Of a DNA stretch of 64,000 bases, positions 19,871-27,490 are shown in pieces. The position numbers and the translations under genes were made by a program. Position 1 is the first letter of the stretch; the number at the start of each line of letters is the position of its first letter. Source of the DNA: a virus; IMG/VR virus record IMGVR_UViG_3300033047_000016; one strand, given 5' to 3'. The notes beneath the pieces were generated by a model that was not told where the DNA came from, searched no databases, and was given only the letters and a program-made list of their open reading frames with translations.

Positions 19871-20428
19871 TTAAGTGTGTTGCGTTGCGCGTATAACCAT
19901 GCCAGAATTAATCACTTCACCGTTTCCAGAAAGTCTGACCTGTGGAACGATTGGGTTGTCGCGTGTGTTGCTATCACCGATGTAGATGTAATTTGTTGTC
20001 AAGGCAAATCTATGCCCGACCACACCAGAGTCCAGTTTTCCTAGCGAGCTTTCCAACGTGTATGAACCGGCCCCAGTTCCTAACATATACCTGAACGATA
20101 GTATCAGGTTCTGTGCGTCTGGTGTGACAATGAAGTCGTGGCGTATGATGATATCTGATCCGATAGTAAGGTCTGTCACATCAATGTTTCCACCCGCCGA
20201 CATTAAAGCCGCGACGTCAATTGGTAGATACGTCAGCAATGTATTTGGACCCAAAGAATCATTAGTCAACGTCGTCCACGTATCTGTCACCAAGTCGATT
20301 GGTGCTAACACTGTTGCAGCATCATTGTAGTCTGCAAAGCCATGGCGGTCGCGCAAAAATATCTGGTTCGCGTCGAGTTCTGTGTGTGTTAACGCTGTGC
20401 CTTTGGCTGCGCGTGTAAGAATTCCCAT
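19871..20428 (-). CDS. Virion fibre-like protein
   Basis: N-terminal R..KG..LT..ELD.N..FL anchor motif typical of phage fibres. Confidence 0.6.
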   Translation of the reverse strand: MGILTRAAKGTALTHTELDANQIFLRDRHGFADYNDAATVLAPIDLVTDTWTTLTNDSLGPNTLLTYLPIDVAALMSAGGNIDVTDLTIGSDIIIRHDFIVTPDAQNLILSFRYMLGTGAGSYTLESSLGKLDSGVVGHRFALTTNYIYIGDSNTRDNPIVPQVRLSGNGEVINSGMVIRATQHT

Positions 20429-20429
20429 A

Positions 20430-20597
20430 TCACTCTCCCTCTACATACCCTGCATCAACGTATCCGGTGTCTACATACAAATTGATATTTACCGGAATAT
20501 CCGCTTCAATGAATTCCAGAATGCTACCCGTTGGCGCTGTCTTTATCGGAGAAGTAGGACTGCGGTTTGGGGACAAGTCCTTTACCGAAACAGGCAT
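20430..20597 (-). CDS. Small hypothetical protein, 55 aa (ends YVDTGYVDAGYVEGE)
   Basis: Manual translation; translationally coupled to both neighbours. Confidence 0.55.
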   Translation of the reverse strand: MPVSVKDLSPNRSPTSPIKTAPTGSILEFIEADIPVNINLYVDTGYVDAGYVEGE

Positions 20598-20890
20598 CAG
20601 GTAACTTCCAAAGCTACCGGTGCCATGGCTACAGACACATCAGTACTAGCACCTTGTACGCTGACTGTTATGAACGCCGTGCAAGCTGGTAACCACACAA
20701 TCTCGGCTATAGGCGCAGTGTATGCCATTCCCGCCACAGGTACTCCTGTAGCTGGGCCTATGTTAAGCTTGAACGTTACAGTGGCACCGTCGAACACACC
20801 ACCAACGGCAAACAAGTATCTGCCCGCTTGGATTGGTACCGATTGTGTGTCGCCGTTTACTTTTTGATTCTGTGTGATAACGAATGTCAT
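20597..20890 (-). CDS. Small beta-sandwich virion protein (paralog of 15416-15712)
   Basis: Alignment to 15416 protein; GGAG RBS. Confidence 0.6.
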   Translation of the reverse strand: MTFVITQNQKVNGDTQSVPIQAGRYLFAVGGVFDGATVTFKLNIGPATGVPVAGMAYTAPIAEIVWLPACTAFITVSVQGASTDVSVAMAPVALEVT

Positions 20891-20971
20891 GATGCTCTCC
20901 AAGATTGTCCGTCTTATTGATGCGTCGTATTGTAACACCACCGTTACCGTAAAGCAACTGGCGTCGGTTTA

Positions 20972-21046
20972 TGGTACTCCGCCTCAGAATCGAACTGAGA
21001 CCACAAGCGTTATGAGCGCTGCGCTCTACCGTTAAGCTAACGGAGC
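20972..21046 (-). tRNA. tRNA with CAT anticodon (Met elongator or Ile2)
   Basis: CT-CAT-AA, cloverleaf, CCA. Confidence 0.85.
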
Positions 21047-21054
21047 ATGTTCAC

Positions 21055-21393
21055 CTAAGCTGCGAAAAGATCACCAAGCGTTGGTGGGTCTGTGTCGTTG
21101 GCTGCGTCGAATGACCAGCCTTCACCGTCTCCGGTATATATGTCGTGTGGGCAGATGTCACAACAGTCGCAACAGTCTGTTGAAAAGCAAAAAGTGAACC
21201 CGTACTCGGCAGTCTCATAGTCATACCAATAAGGGTCGATCATTCCATCCACGCTACGCGGTCTTGGGCCAGAACCCCAGCGCATGCTAACGATCTTTCT
21301 ATTACCAATTTGTGTTGGAGGTAGCTCTGCGCTATTCAATGCGCGGCGAACGCGGCGTGAAATTACATTTTTGTTTCGCTTCTTCGTGCTCAT
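21055..21393 (-). CDS. Hypothetical protein with basic N-terminus and CCxCCxxC cluster
   Basis: AAGGAG RBS; 112 aa. Confidence 0.65.
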   Translation of the reverse strand: MSTKKRNKNVISRRVRRALNSAELPPTQIGNRKIVSMRWGSGPRPRSVDGMIDPYWYDYETAEYGFTFCFSTDCCDCCDICPHDIYTGDGEGWSFDAANDTDPPTLGDLFAA

Positions 21394-21411
21394 AGCTTTC
21401 TCCTTTTCTGT

Positions 21412-21499
21412 TGGCGGATGGCGGAGGTCTCGATCCCCTAACCGTTAAGTCTTCATCGCTTTCGAAGCGAGCCCGGCGCGCCTGTCCGGTTCACCATCC
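21412..21499 (-). tRNA. trnS: tRNA-Ser(CGA)
   Basis: TT-CGA-AA, long variable arm; body nearly identical to Ser(GCT). Confidence 0.88.
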
Positions 21500-21506
21500 T
21501 AGTATT

Positions 21507-21582
21507 TGGTACGCGAGGTGGGAGTCGAACCCACACTGAACGGGACTTAAATCCGCTGCCTCTGCCTTTGGGCTACTCGCGC
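21507..21582 (-). tRNA. trnL: tRNA-Leu(TAA), short variable loop
   Basis: TT-TAA-GT, A73-CCA. Confidence 0.85.
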
Positions 21583-21586
21583 ATGT

Positions 21587-21664
21587 TGGTACGGGATACG
21601 GGACTCGAACCCGTAAAACTCTAGTGTTTGAAACCAGCGACTTTGCCAATTTGCCCAATCCCGC
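21587..21664 (-). tRNA. trnL: tRNA-Leu(CAA), short variable loop
   Basis: TT-CAA-AC, A73-CCA. Confidence 0.85.
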
Positions 21665-21667
21665 ATG

Positions 21668-21838
21668 TTACAATTCGTGGATGCTTACCAGTTCTGCTGT
21701 ACGAACAGCTTCAGCCAGCTTATCCTCGATGCTGTTTGTATCAATTGGTCCAATGAACCCAGCGTCCAACAAGAACGCTATGTCGATAACCCTGCAACCG
21801 GGGTACTTCTCTTCCAGAGCATCAATCACTTTCTGCAT
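21668..21838 (-). CDS. Small hypothetical protein, 56 aa
   Basis: MQKVIDALEEKYPGC... behind AAGGAG RBS. Confidence 0.6.
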   Translation of the reverse strand: MQKVIDALEEKYPGCRVIDIAFLLDAGFIGPIDTNSIEDKLAEAVRTAELVSIHEL

Positions 21839-21857
21839 CTTCTATACTCCTTGTTGT

Positions 21858-21935
21858 TGGTACGCATGGAGGGACTCGAACCCTCAAAACTCTTGGACCT
21901 AAACCAAGCGACTTTGCCAATTTGCCCACACGCGC
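21858..21935 (-). tRNA. trnL: tRNA-Leu(TAG), short variable loop
   Basis: TT-TAG-GT, A73-CCA. Confidence 0.85.
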
Positions 21936-21941
21936 ATGTGT

Positions 21942-22025
21942 TGGTGCCGATGAAGGGAGTCGAACCCTCAACCCCGAAGGGTACAGTTTCTGAAACTGCT
22001 GCGTATACCATTCCGCCACATCGGC
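21942..22025 (-). tRNA. trnL: tRNA-Leu(CAG)
   Basis: TT-CAG-AA, long variable arm. Confidence 0.92.
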
Positions 22026-22034
22026 TGATGTGTT

Positions 22035-22116
22035 TGGTGCCCGTGACTGGACTCGAACCAGCACTCCGAAGAACAGCCCTCTCAAGACTGCGTGTCTACC
22101 ATTTCACCACACGGGC
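22035..22116 (-). tRNA. trnL: tRNA-Leu(GAG)
   Basis: TT-GAG-AG, long variable arm. Confidence 0.92.
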
Positions 22117-22152
22117 GTGTAGTTGGTTGTCCAATTTGATGAACAACGTAGT

Positions 22153-22227
22153 TGGTTGTCCCGGTTGGGATTGAACCAACGACACATGGCTTATCGGGCC
22201 ACCGCTCTACCACTGAGCTACGGGACA
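22153..22227 (-). tRNA. trnI: tRNA-Ile(GAT)
   Basis: CC-GAT-AA, canonical cloverleaf. Confidence 0.88.
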
Positions 22228-22329
22228 TTGAATAGGCGCGAGCTATGGGGCTTTAGGCCCTGCTGCGGTTACCGTGCGCACGTCACCAACAGCCCCGACT
22301 GCCTTGACGACAATCCGCACCTCGCATAA

Positions 22330-22405
22330 TGGTAGTCCCGGTAAGATTCGAACCTACGACCTTCCACTAATCAGGTGGACGCTCTTCCAACTGAGCTACG
22401 GGACC
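22330..22405 (-). tRNA. trnI: tRNA-Ile(GAT)
   Basis: CT-GAT-TA, canonical cloverleaf. Confidence 0.9.
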
Positions 22406-22575
22406 ATGAGGTCGGGAGCCATGCAACATGTCTCGTCTTTCATCTGGCGCGACCCAGACCGACCGTAATAGTGTGGTGACTTTGCTACGCTGGCGTCACC
22501 GGGCCTCGATAGATTCAAAGCCGATAGGCAGTGAACTCGGTAATTTGGAGCAATCCTCTGGATCACTCGTGAATC

Positions 22576-22649
22576 TGGAGCGGATACGGGGTAACGCTCC
22601 CCGTTAATTTGATTGGCAACCAAGTGCATTACTTTTATGCTATACCCGC
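22576..22649 (-). tRNA. trnG: tRNA-Gly(GCC), atypical D- and T-loops
   Basis: GCGGGTA acceptor, TT-GCC-AA, U73-CCA; T-loop AGCGTTA. Confidence 0.75.
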
Positions 22650-22852
22650 AAATCCACCTTTTACTGCGGGACTTACCCACACCACGTCAAGCGTGGAGGA
22701 CGATGGTGTCCTATTGGCCTATTAAGGTGGCCAGCCACACTACCCGCGCCTTCCACGCATGCTACGCTTAGTTACCGGGCAGTTCCTATATTGCTCGCGA
22801 CCTGTCACCGCAACGCTCGAAGCCTATCTAGGCAACATTACGCAAGCAAAAG

Positions 22853-22926
22853 TGGAGCGGACGGAGAATTTCGAAATCTCGCGCATGGGTTGGAAACCCA
22901 CTGCTCTGCCTCTGAGCTACGCCCGC
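22853..22926 (-). tRNA. trnG: tRNA-Gly(TCC)
   Basis: TT-TCC-AA, U73-CCA. Confidence 0.9.
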
Positions 22927-22957
22927 AAACTCTACGACTTTGTTGTAGCCGCAATCT

Positions 22958-23212
22958 TTATTCAATAACTGGCTCTTCAATGATACACCAATGGGACGGT
23001 ATCCATTCAAGCTCCACTTCTTCTGTTTCCATGTCCCAACAACACCCGCGTGCACAGCGGACTTTTATTTCTCTGGTCATTACCATACCTTCTTCAGTAC
23101 GGTACCAACGGCCATCCATCAGGATCGCCATCTGTAGTTGTTCATCTTGGGACCACGTCAATATTTCTTCGCCGTGGTTTGGGCGGCGGCTTTCAACCGC
23201 TATCCAGTTCAT
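22958..23212 (-). CDS. DUF551-like protein
   Basis: MNWIAVE.RRP..GEEIL...SHW...P. Confidence 0.7.
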   Translation of the reverse strand: MNWIAVESRRPNHGEEILTWSQDEQLQMAILMDGRWYRTEEGMVMTREIKVRCARGCCWDMETEEVELEWIPSHWCIIEEPVIE

Positions 23213-23637
23213 GCTGCTGCCCTCGTGACAGTTTCGTGACAGCTTCCCGACATCTTTGTGACATCTTCGGTGTCGAACCACTCGGTGACGGCGTCAGCCG
23301 TGATCGTTTTATCGTGATACTTCATCAAGAGCTTGTGCACTCGTCCGATGAGTTTTCCACGTGTGTACGGGTCCAACCGTGTATTTCGTTCAATGGTGCA
23401 ATACGCATGCCCTTTAATGAAACTCCGCGCAAGCTGTGTAGCCCGCGATTCCCACCGGACGATTCCGATGCGATGTTCATAAAGGTCTTGTCGTTTGCGT
23501 GCGCACGCTGCACCTTCTTCTGCCTGCTGGTGTTCAGTATACCAATTGGCGGTGCGTTTCAGTTTCAATTCCTCGCGGCGAATGATCTGTGCTTCTACGG
23601 CGAGTGATTTTGCTTTGATCTTAAGTTCGATTGACAT
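23209..23637 (-). CDS. Basic hypothetical protein (MSIELKIKAKSLA...)
   Basis: GGAGG RBS (sequestered in a hairpin); VRWESRATQLARSFIKG motif. Confidence 0.75.
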   Translation of the reverse strand: MSIELKIKAKSLAVEAQIIRREELKLKRTANWYTEHQQAEEGAACARKRQDLYEHRIGIVRWESRATQLARSFIKGHAYCTIERNTRLDPYTRGKLIGRVHKLLMKYHDKTITADAVTEWFDTEDVTKMSGSCHETVTRAAA

Positions 23638-23644
23638 TTTTATG

Positions 23645-23729
23645 CCTCCATATTTACGTTTCAAATAGTGTGTAATGAAACGTCGCTATCATGGAGGTTT
23701 TTCGATCTACAACATGGCCTTCTCCTTTT
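23645..23729 (-). promoter_or_regulatory. Met-Leu-amber minigene plus SD-sequestering hairpin (putative translational attenuator)
   Basis: AAAAGGAG-N6-ATG TTG TAG (23715-23707); CCTCCAT (23697-23691) pairs with the downstream SD ATGGAGG (23651-23645); inner stem ACGTTTCA/TGAAACGT. Confidence 0.6.
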
Positions 23730-23751
23730 CTTCTGGTCTTGGTTACAAATT

Positions 23752-23825
23752 TGGTGCGCCCGGTGGGAGTTAAACCCACTTAAAACTGTTTTAGAGGCAG
23801 GTGCATTCCCCAATGCTACAGGCGC
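23752..23825 (-). tRNA. tRNA with CTA (amber-reading) anticodon, weak anticodon stem
   Basis: GCGCCTG/CGGGCGC acceptor, D stem GCAT/ATGC, loop CT-CTA-AA, T-arm GTGGG-TTTAACT-CCCAC, A73-CCA. Confidence 0.7.
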
Positions 23826-23873
23826 TTACTCGTATCAACATACACGTGATTCGCGCAGTGTCAAGGATTATTT

Positions 23874-23945
23874 TGGCACTCGGTGGGAGAGTCGAACTCC
23901 CCAAGCTGGCTTCGTAGACCCGCCACCGGTTCCGCCGGACCAAGT
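23874..23945 (-). tRNA. trnR: tRNA-Arg(ACG), atypical
   Basis: CT-ACG-AA, reduced D-arm, G73-CCA. Confidence 0.7.
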
Positions 23946-23975
23946 ATTGATGCAACCGAAGGTCACACAATTTAT

Positions 23976-24051
23976 TGGTGCTCCTGATAGGATTCGAACC
24001 TACAACCTCCCGGTTCGTAGCCGGGTGCTCATCCAGTTGAGCTTCAGAAGC
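23976..24051 (-). tRNA. trnR: tRNA-Arg(ACG)
   Basis: Canonical cloverleaf. Confidence 0.92.
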
Positions 24052-24057
24052 GTTATT

Positions 24058-24312
24058 TCAGATAGTCTTCGACATCAATAATTTCGATGCCTGCGTCGTG
24101 TGAGAGTCCCAATCAACAAAAAAAGAGTCAGGTGCAGGAGGTATCCTATTCAGGTCTCCGTACTCATTGATGTAGAACGCGAACTGAGCCAGCAAAAGTT
24201 TCTTAACCTGTGATACTGTCTCGGCTTGTACACAAATATCATACTCAAGGCACTGGGCAACGAAAATACCTAATTCACTGTTTGTGTATACTATAATCCT
24301 GACATGATCCAT
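24058..24312 (-). CDS. HicB-like (antitoxin-fold) small protein
   Basis: FVAQCLEYDICVQAET..........L...PPAP..F motif. Confidence 0.55.
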   Translation of the reverse strand: MDHVRIIVYTNSELGIFVAQCLEYDICVQAETVSQVKKLLLAQFAFYINEYGDLNRIPPAPDSFFVDWDSHTTQASKLLMSKTI

Positions 24313-24334
24313 GTACTTTCTTTCCGTGTGTACG

Positions 24335-24736
24335 TTATTTCAAAAAGTCTTCGACATCAATAATTTCGATGCCTGCATCGTGCATGATCTTCATCATACT
24401 GGAAGTCCCCCGCCCACCGGGGAACGCCACACATATATCAATCGAGAACATGTCGTGCATGAACTTGTTGCGGGCCATCCCGGCAGCATCCCCAAGACCA
24501 GTCCAATTGGCTGGTACCTTGATCTGTTGTATGCCGACTTCCTCAGCCCACCTACCGGAGAGCGCGTCAGCGCCCTTGTAAGCCACTGGGTGCGCCCTGT
24601 AGCCCTGCTTGTACGCGCCAGCGTCACCATGTATCACAAGCGTAAACTTGTGCTCTGCGTGGAATTTATTCATCATGAAACGTAGCTCGCCGTACAGCGC
24701 GTATTCGCGTCCGCCGCATACTAAAACTTTCATCAC
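24335..24736 (-). CDS. SLOG-family protein (YspA/DUF2493-like)
   Basis: KVLVCGGR.Y, VIHGDA..GAD, ANW...G.AAG..RN..M, AFPGGRGT..M. Confidence 0.88.
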   Translation of the reverse strand: MMKVLVCGGREYALYGELRFMMNKFHAEHKFTLVIHGDAGAYKQGYRAHPVAYKGADALSGRWAEEVGIQQIKVPANWTGLGDAAGMARNKFMHDMFSIDICVAFPGGRGTSSMMKIMHDAGIEIIDVEDFLK

Positions 24737-24748
24737 AAAATTCCTTAT

Positions 24749-24823
24749 TGGCGCTGGTAACGAGACTCGAACTCGCCTTTTCCGCTAGACAGGCGGACCT
24801 ATTCCCTGATTAGGTATACCAGC
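24749..24823 (-). tRNA. trnD: tRNA-Asp(GTC)
   Basis: CT-GTC-TA, G73-CCA. Confidence 0.82.
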
Positions 24824-24833
24824 ATTGTCGTTG

Positions 24834-25109
24834 TTAGGAAAGCCCTCGTTCTTTCCAAAAATCGTTTTCATCTTCTTCGGGAATACAGAACAGCGAGTAA
24901 CCTACCGGACCTGTCCACTGATGCCCGTTGTATAGTTGCTCCATCGCTGTAACAATTACGTTCTGGTTTCGCCTAATTTCGTGGGCACGTAAGATACACG
25001 CTGTCTCAGTTCGCGGATGAATGAACTCATCTGACACCCACGTGCATTTCGACATATCTGGCTCACCAGCAATGGCTGCACAGAAAGCAATAATAGGGAT
25101 AAATGGCAT
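24834..25109 (-). CDS. Small exported Cys-containing hypothetical protein
   Basis: Hydrophobic N-terminus, 4 Cys. Confidence 0.6.
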   Translation of the reverse strand: MPFIPIIAFCAAIAGEPDMSKCTWVSDEFIHPRTETACILRAHEIRRNQNVIVTAMEQLYNGHQWTGPVGYSLFCIPEEDENDFWKERGLS

Positions 25110-25127
25110 TCAGTGTCTTTTCGTGTT

Positions 25128-25204
25128 TGGTGTGCCGGGTGGGATTTGAACCCACGATCCAAGATTAAGAGTCAAGAGCTTTAGACCAACTAAGCTACCG
25201 GCGC
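25128..25204 (-). tRNA. trnK: tRNA-Lys(CTT)
   Basis: CT-CTT-AA, CCA. Confidence 0.82.
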
Positions 25205-25340
25205 ATGTTTAAACAAATTGGGCGAGGTCAGCACAGCTTTCCTCGCCCGAAACCATCGGTAAGCTGACGCGCCAGCTAGATGATGGTAAACTTGCGCGGT
25301 AGGCCGCGAATTCGATCATGTTTCAAAAGTCGTTTCATAA

Positions 25341-25742
25341 TCATTCTCCCTCTATTGGGACCAGCCAGAAGCCATTCCCAGTTGTGTGCGGACCAACGAT
25401 TCTCCATCCGAGGGCCTGCATCTTGTCTTTGTTTATCGTCATTAGAACACGAACGTTTCCAACCGGATCAGAAGGCATCGGTGTCAACACATTTGCGTAC
25501 GCCGCGTTTATAATCTCTTCAAGACTTAGCCCACGGCGCATTCTGCGAGACTCCAACAGTGCCGCAATAATACCAACGTAGCGTCCTGACCAATGCCCCA
25601 TCAACCATTCTGGACTTAGCCTGTATGTTGTTGGCTGTCCACATGTTGGGCAAAATGGTGTTTCTTCTTTTCCGTCCACATCGTCCTCGAATCTGGTGCA
25701 GGGTTTTTGTCCAGAACCCCACGAAACTGCATCGAAACGCAT
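25341..25742 (-). CDS. Stand-alone OmpR/PhoB-type winged-helix DNA-binding protein with N-terminal CxxC (true start probably ~25679)
   Basis: CPTCGQP; LS.EEII.A.Y......P......VRV.....K.K....GW.I......GF.L. Confidence 0.55.
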   Translation of the reverse strand: MRFDAVSWGSGQKPCTRFEDDVDGKEETPFCPTCGQPTTYRLSPEWLMGHWSGRYVGIIAALLESRRMRRGLSLEEIINAAYANVLTPMPSDPVGNVRVLMTINKDKMQALGWRIVGPHTTGNGFWLVPIEGE

Positions 25743-25802
25743 CGTGGCTGAACAACACGACCGCTTTGTGAGACTAATACTTACGTCAATCGTTAAATGG
25801 TG

Positions 25803-26177
25803 TCAAGTGCTTTCGGTCGTGTGTTGTAATAATTCTGCGTGAATTTCTCTGTGACAGTTTGCACAAACAAGTATACATTTGTCTAGCTCTTTCTTAACCC
25901 GTTTCCACGATCTGGTGTGCCCGTTGTGGCCCGGACCAAATTCTTTTTCATCTGGGTTTATGTGATGAAATTCGAGTGCCCCTACACATTTATCATATCC
26001 ACATTTGCAGCACTTCCCGCCTTTGTATTCAAGGGACATAAGTTTGACTTTTCGCCTTCGCCTTGAAACAGCATCGGAGCGACATTGGAGGCAGCGCCAG
26101 TATCCACGAGATTCCAATACATGCGCATGTTTTCCATGATGCTTACACGTTAGATTCTGTCTCCTGTTTACTGGCAC
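25803..26177 (-). CDS. HNH endonuclease
   Basis: YKGGKC.KCGY..C..ALEFHH.NP..K...EL.KC.L.CANCHREIH. Confidence 0.88.
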   Translation of the reverse strand: MPVNRRQNLTCKHHGKHAHVLESRGYWRCLQCRSDAVSRRRRKVKLMSLEYKGGKCCKCGYDKCVGALEFHHINPDEKEFGPGHNGHTRSWKRVKKELDKCILVCANCHREIHAELLQHTTEST

Positions 26178-26192
26178 CTACTTATCCTATTA

Positions 26193-26269
26193 TGGCTCCA
26201 CACCTCAGATTCGAACTGAGCACAAACGCATTAACAGTACGCCTTCCCCGCCTAGAGGAACCGTGTGGA
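26193..26269 (-). tRNA. trnN: tRNA-Asn(GTT)
   Basis: CT-GTT-AA, G73-CCA. Confidence 0.85.
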
Positions 26270-26359
26270 ATATGTCGTTTAGATCATAAAGCATCATTAT
26301 GATGATCAGATCATACTTTCTGGTCTCACTCTTGCGCCGCGCGCTGATGAGTATAATTC

Positions 26360-26433
26360 TGGATGCCCGCCGAGGAATCGAACCTCAATTTCTAGAGTCA
26401 AATTCTAGCGTCCTGCCGTTAGACGACCGGGCA
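26360..26433 (-). tRNA. trnQ: tRNA-Gln(TTG)
   Basis: AT-TTG-AC, U1-A72, CCA. Confidence 0.85.
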
Positions 26434-26573
26434 ATGGTGGGCACGGATGGCTTTCGACACCACCTGCACCACTTTCGGTATACTTTACATAGCCATTCCG
26501 ACAGGCTCTCCTTTGACGCGTGTGTTCACAGCCAGAGCTATATAGTAGCTGCTATTAAGACCACATCAAAACT

Positions 26574-26648
26574 TGGTGGATCGCCGGGGAATCGAACCCC
26601 GACTCCCTGCTTGCAAAGCAGGTGTGCTCCCGTTATCACTAGCGACCC
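26574..26648 (-). tRNA. trnA: tRNA-Ala(TGC)
   Basis: G3-U70, TT-TGC-AA. Confidence 0.92.
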
Positions 26649-26653
26649 ATATT

Positions 26654-26725
26654 TGGTGGAGCTACGGGGTAACGATCCCCACCATCAACATTGCAAATGT
26701 CGAGTCCGTCCCATACGGTAGCCCC
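26654..26725 (-). tRNA. trnA: tRNA-Ala(TGC), atypical
   Basis: G3-U70, TT-TGC-AA, T-loop ATCGTTA, short D-arm. Confidence 0.75.
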
Positions 26726-26730
26726 AAACT

Positions 26731-26805
26731 TGGTACGCACTACTGGGATCGAACCAGTGACCTCTTCCATGTCATGGAAGCACTCTACCGCTAAGCTAAG
26801 CGCGC
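26731..26805 (-). tRNA. trnV: tRNA-Val(GAC)
   Basis: AT-GAC-AT, canonical. Confidence 0.9.
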
Positions 26806-26809
26806 ATAT

Positions 26810-26885
26810 TGGTTCTCGATGAAGGAATCGAACCTTCTCTGTCAGGACGTGTAAAGACCCCGCTCTACCAGTGAGCTAATCGAGC
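26810..26885 (-). tRNA. trnV: tRNA-Val(TAC)
   Basis: TT-TAC-AC, CCA. Confidence 0.88.
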
Positions 26886-26886
26886 A

Positions 26887-27459
26887 TTAAAGCGTAATGC
26901 CGCGTCCGAAGAATTCTGGATACGGCAAGTTCTTGCGTGCGTCCTTATCAAACAGGTACCACGCACAATTGTCTTTGCCAGAAACCCCATTCTCTTCCCA
27001 CGATACGCGTCCAATGGACACTATGGTAAGAAGACGATCACGAATGTACGGCGTCGCTTGCTTGGTGTGTAGCCAATCAGCGTCGAACAAGAGCCACGTT
27101 GGGCACAGGTCAGAGAACCGTTCAATCATCGTGTGTAGGAGATACCCAGACTTCTTTGTCCGGTCCCACGGCGGGTTCGTGATGATGTAGTCGCAATTGT
27201 TGCCAATATCACTTCTTGTAAGAAGCGTGGCATCCAGTTGGTCTATACCATCGTCCTGCGGCTCGATATCGTAGGCCGCAGTCAGCATTGCATTACTTTC
27301 CGTCAGATAGTCGATATGTTCGCACATTCTGAAGTCACCAGCACATGGCTCACAGTACGTGAACGACTCCGGCAGGAAAGGGATTAACGGTTCCACAGCT
27401 ACCCGTGGTGTCGGGTAATAGTCGCGTGCTTTGCGTTCAAAGGTTGATCTTTTTGACAT
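26887..27459 (-). CDS. DNA N6-adenine methyltransferase (phage orphan type)
   Basis: RDYYPTP, EPCAGD (SAM-binding), IITNPPW (catalytic), W....GKDNCAW. Confidence 0.85.
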   Translation of the reverse strand: MSKRSTFERKARDYYPTPRVAVEPLIPFLPESFTYCEPCAGDFRMCEHIDYLTESNAMLTAAYDIEPQDDGIDQLDATLLTRSDIGNNCDYIITNPPWDRTKKSGYLLHTMIERFSDLCPTWLLFDADWLHTKQATPYIRDRLLTIVSIGRVSWEENGVSGKDNCAWYLFDKDARKNLPYPEFFGRGITL

Positions 27460-27490
27460 GACACTGATGTGCCACACAAAAGGGGGTGTG

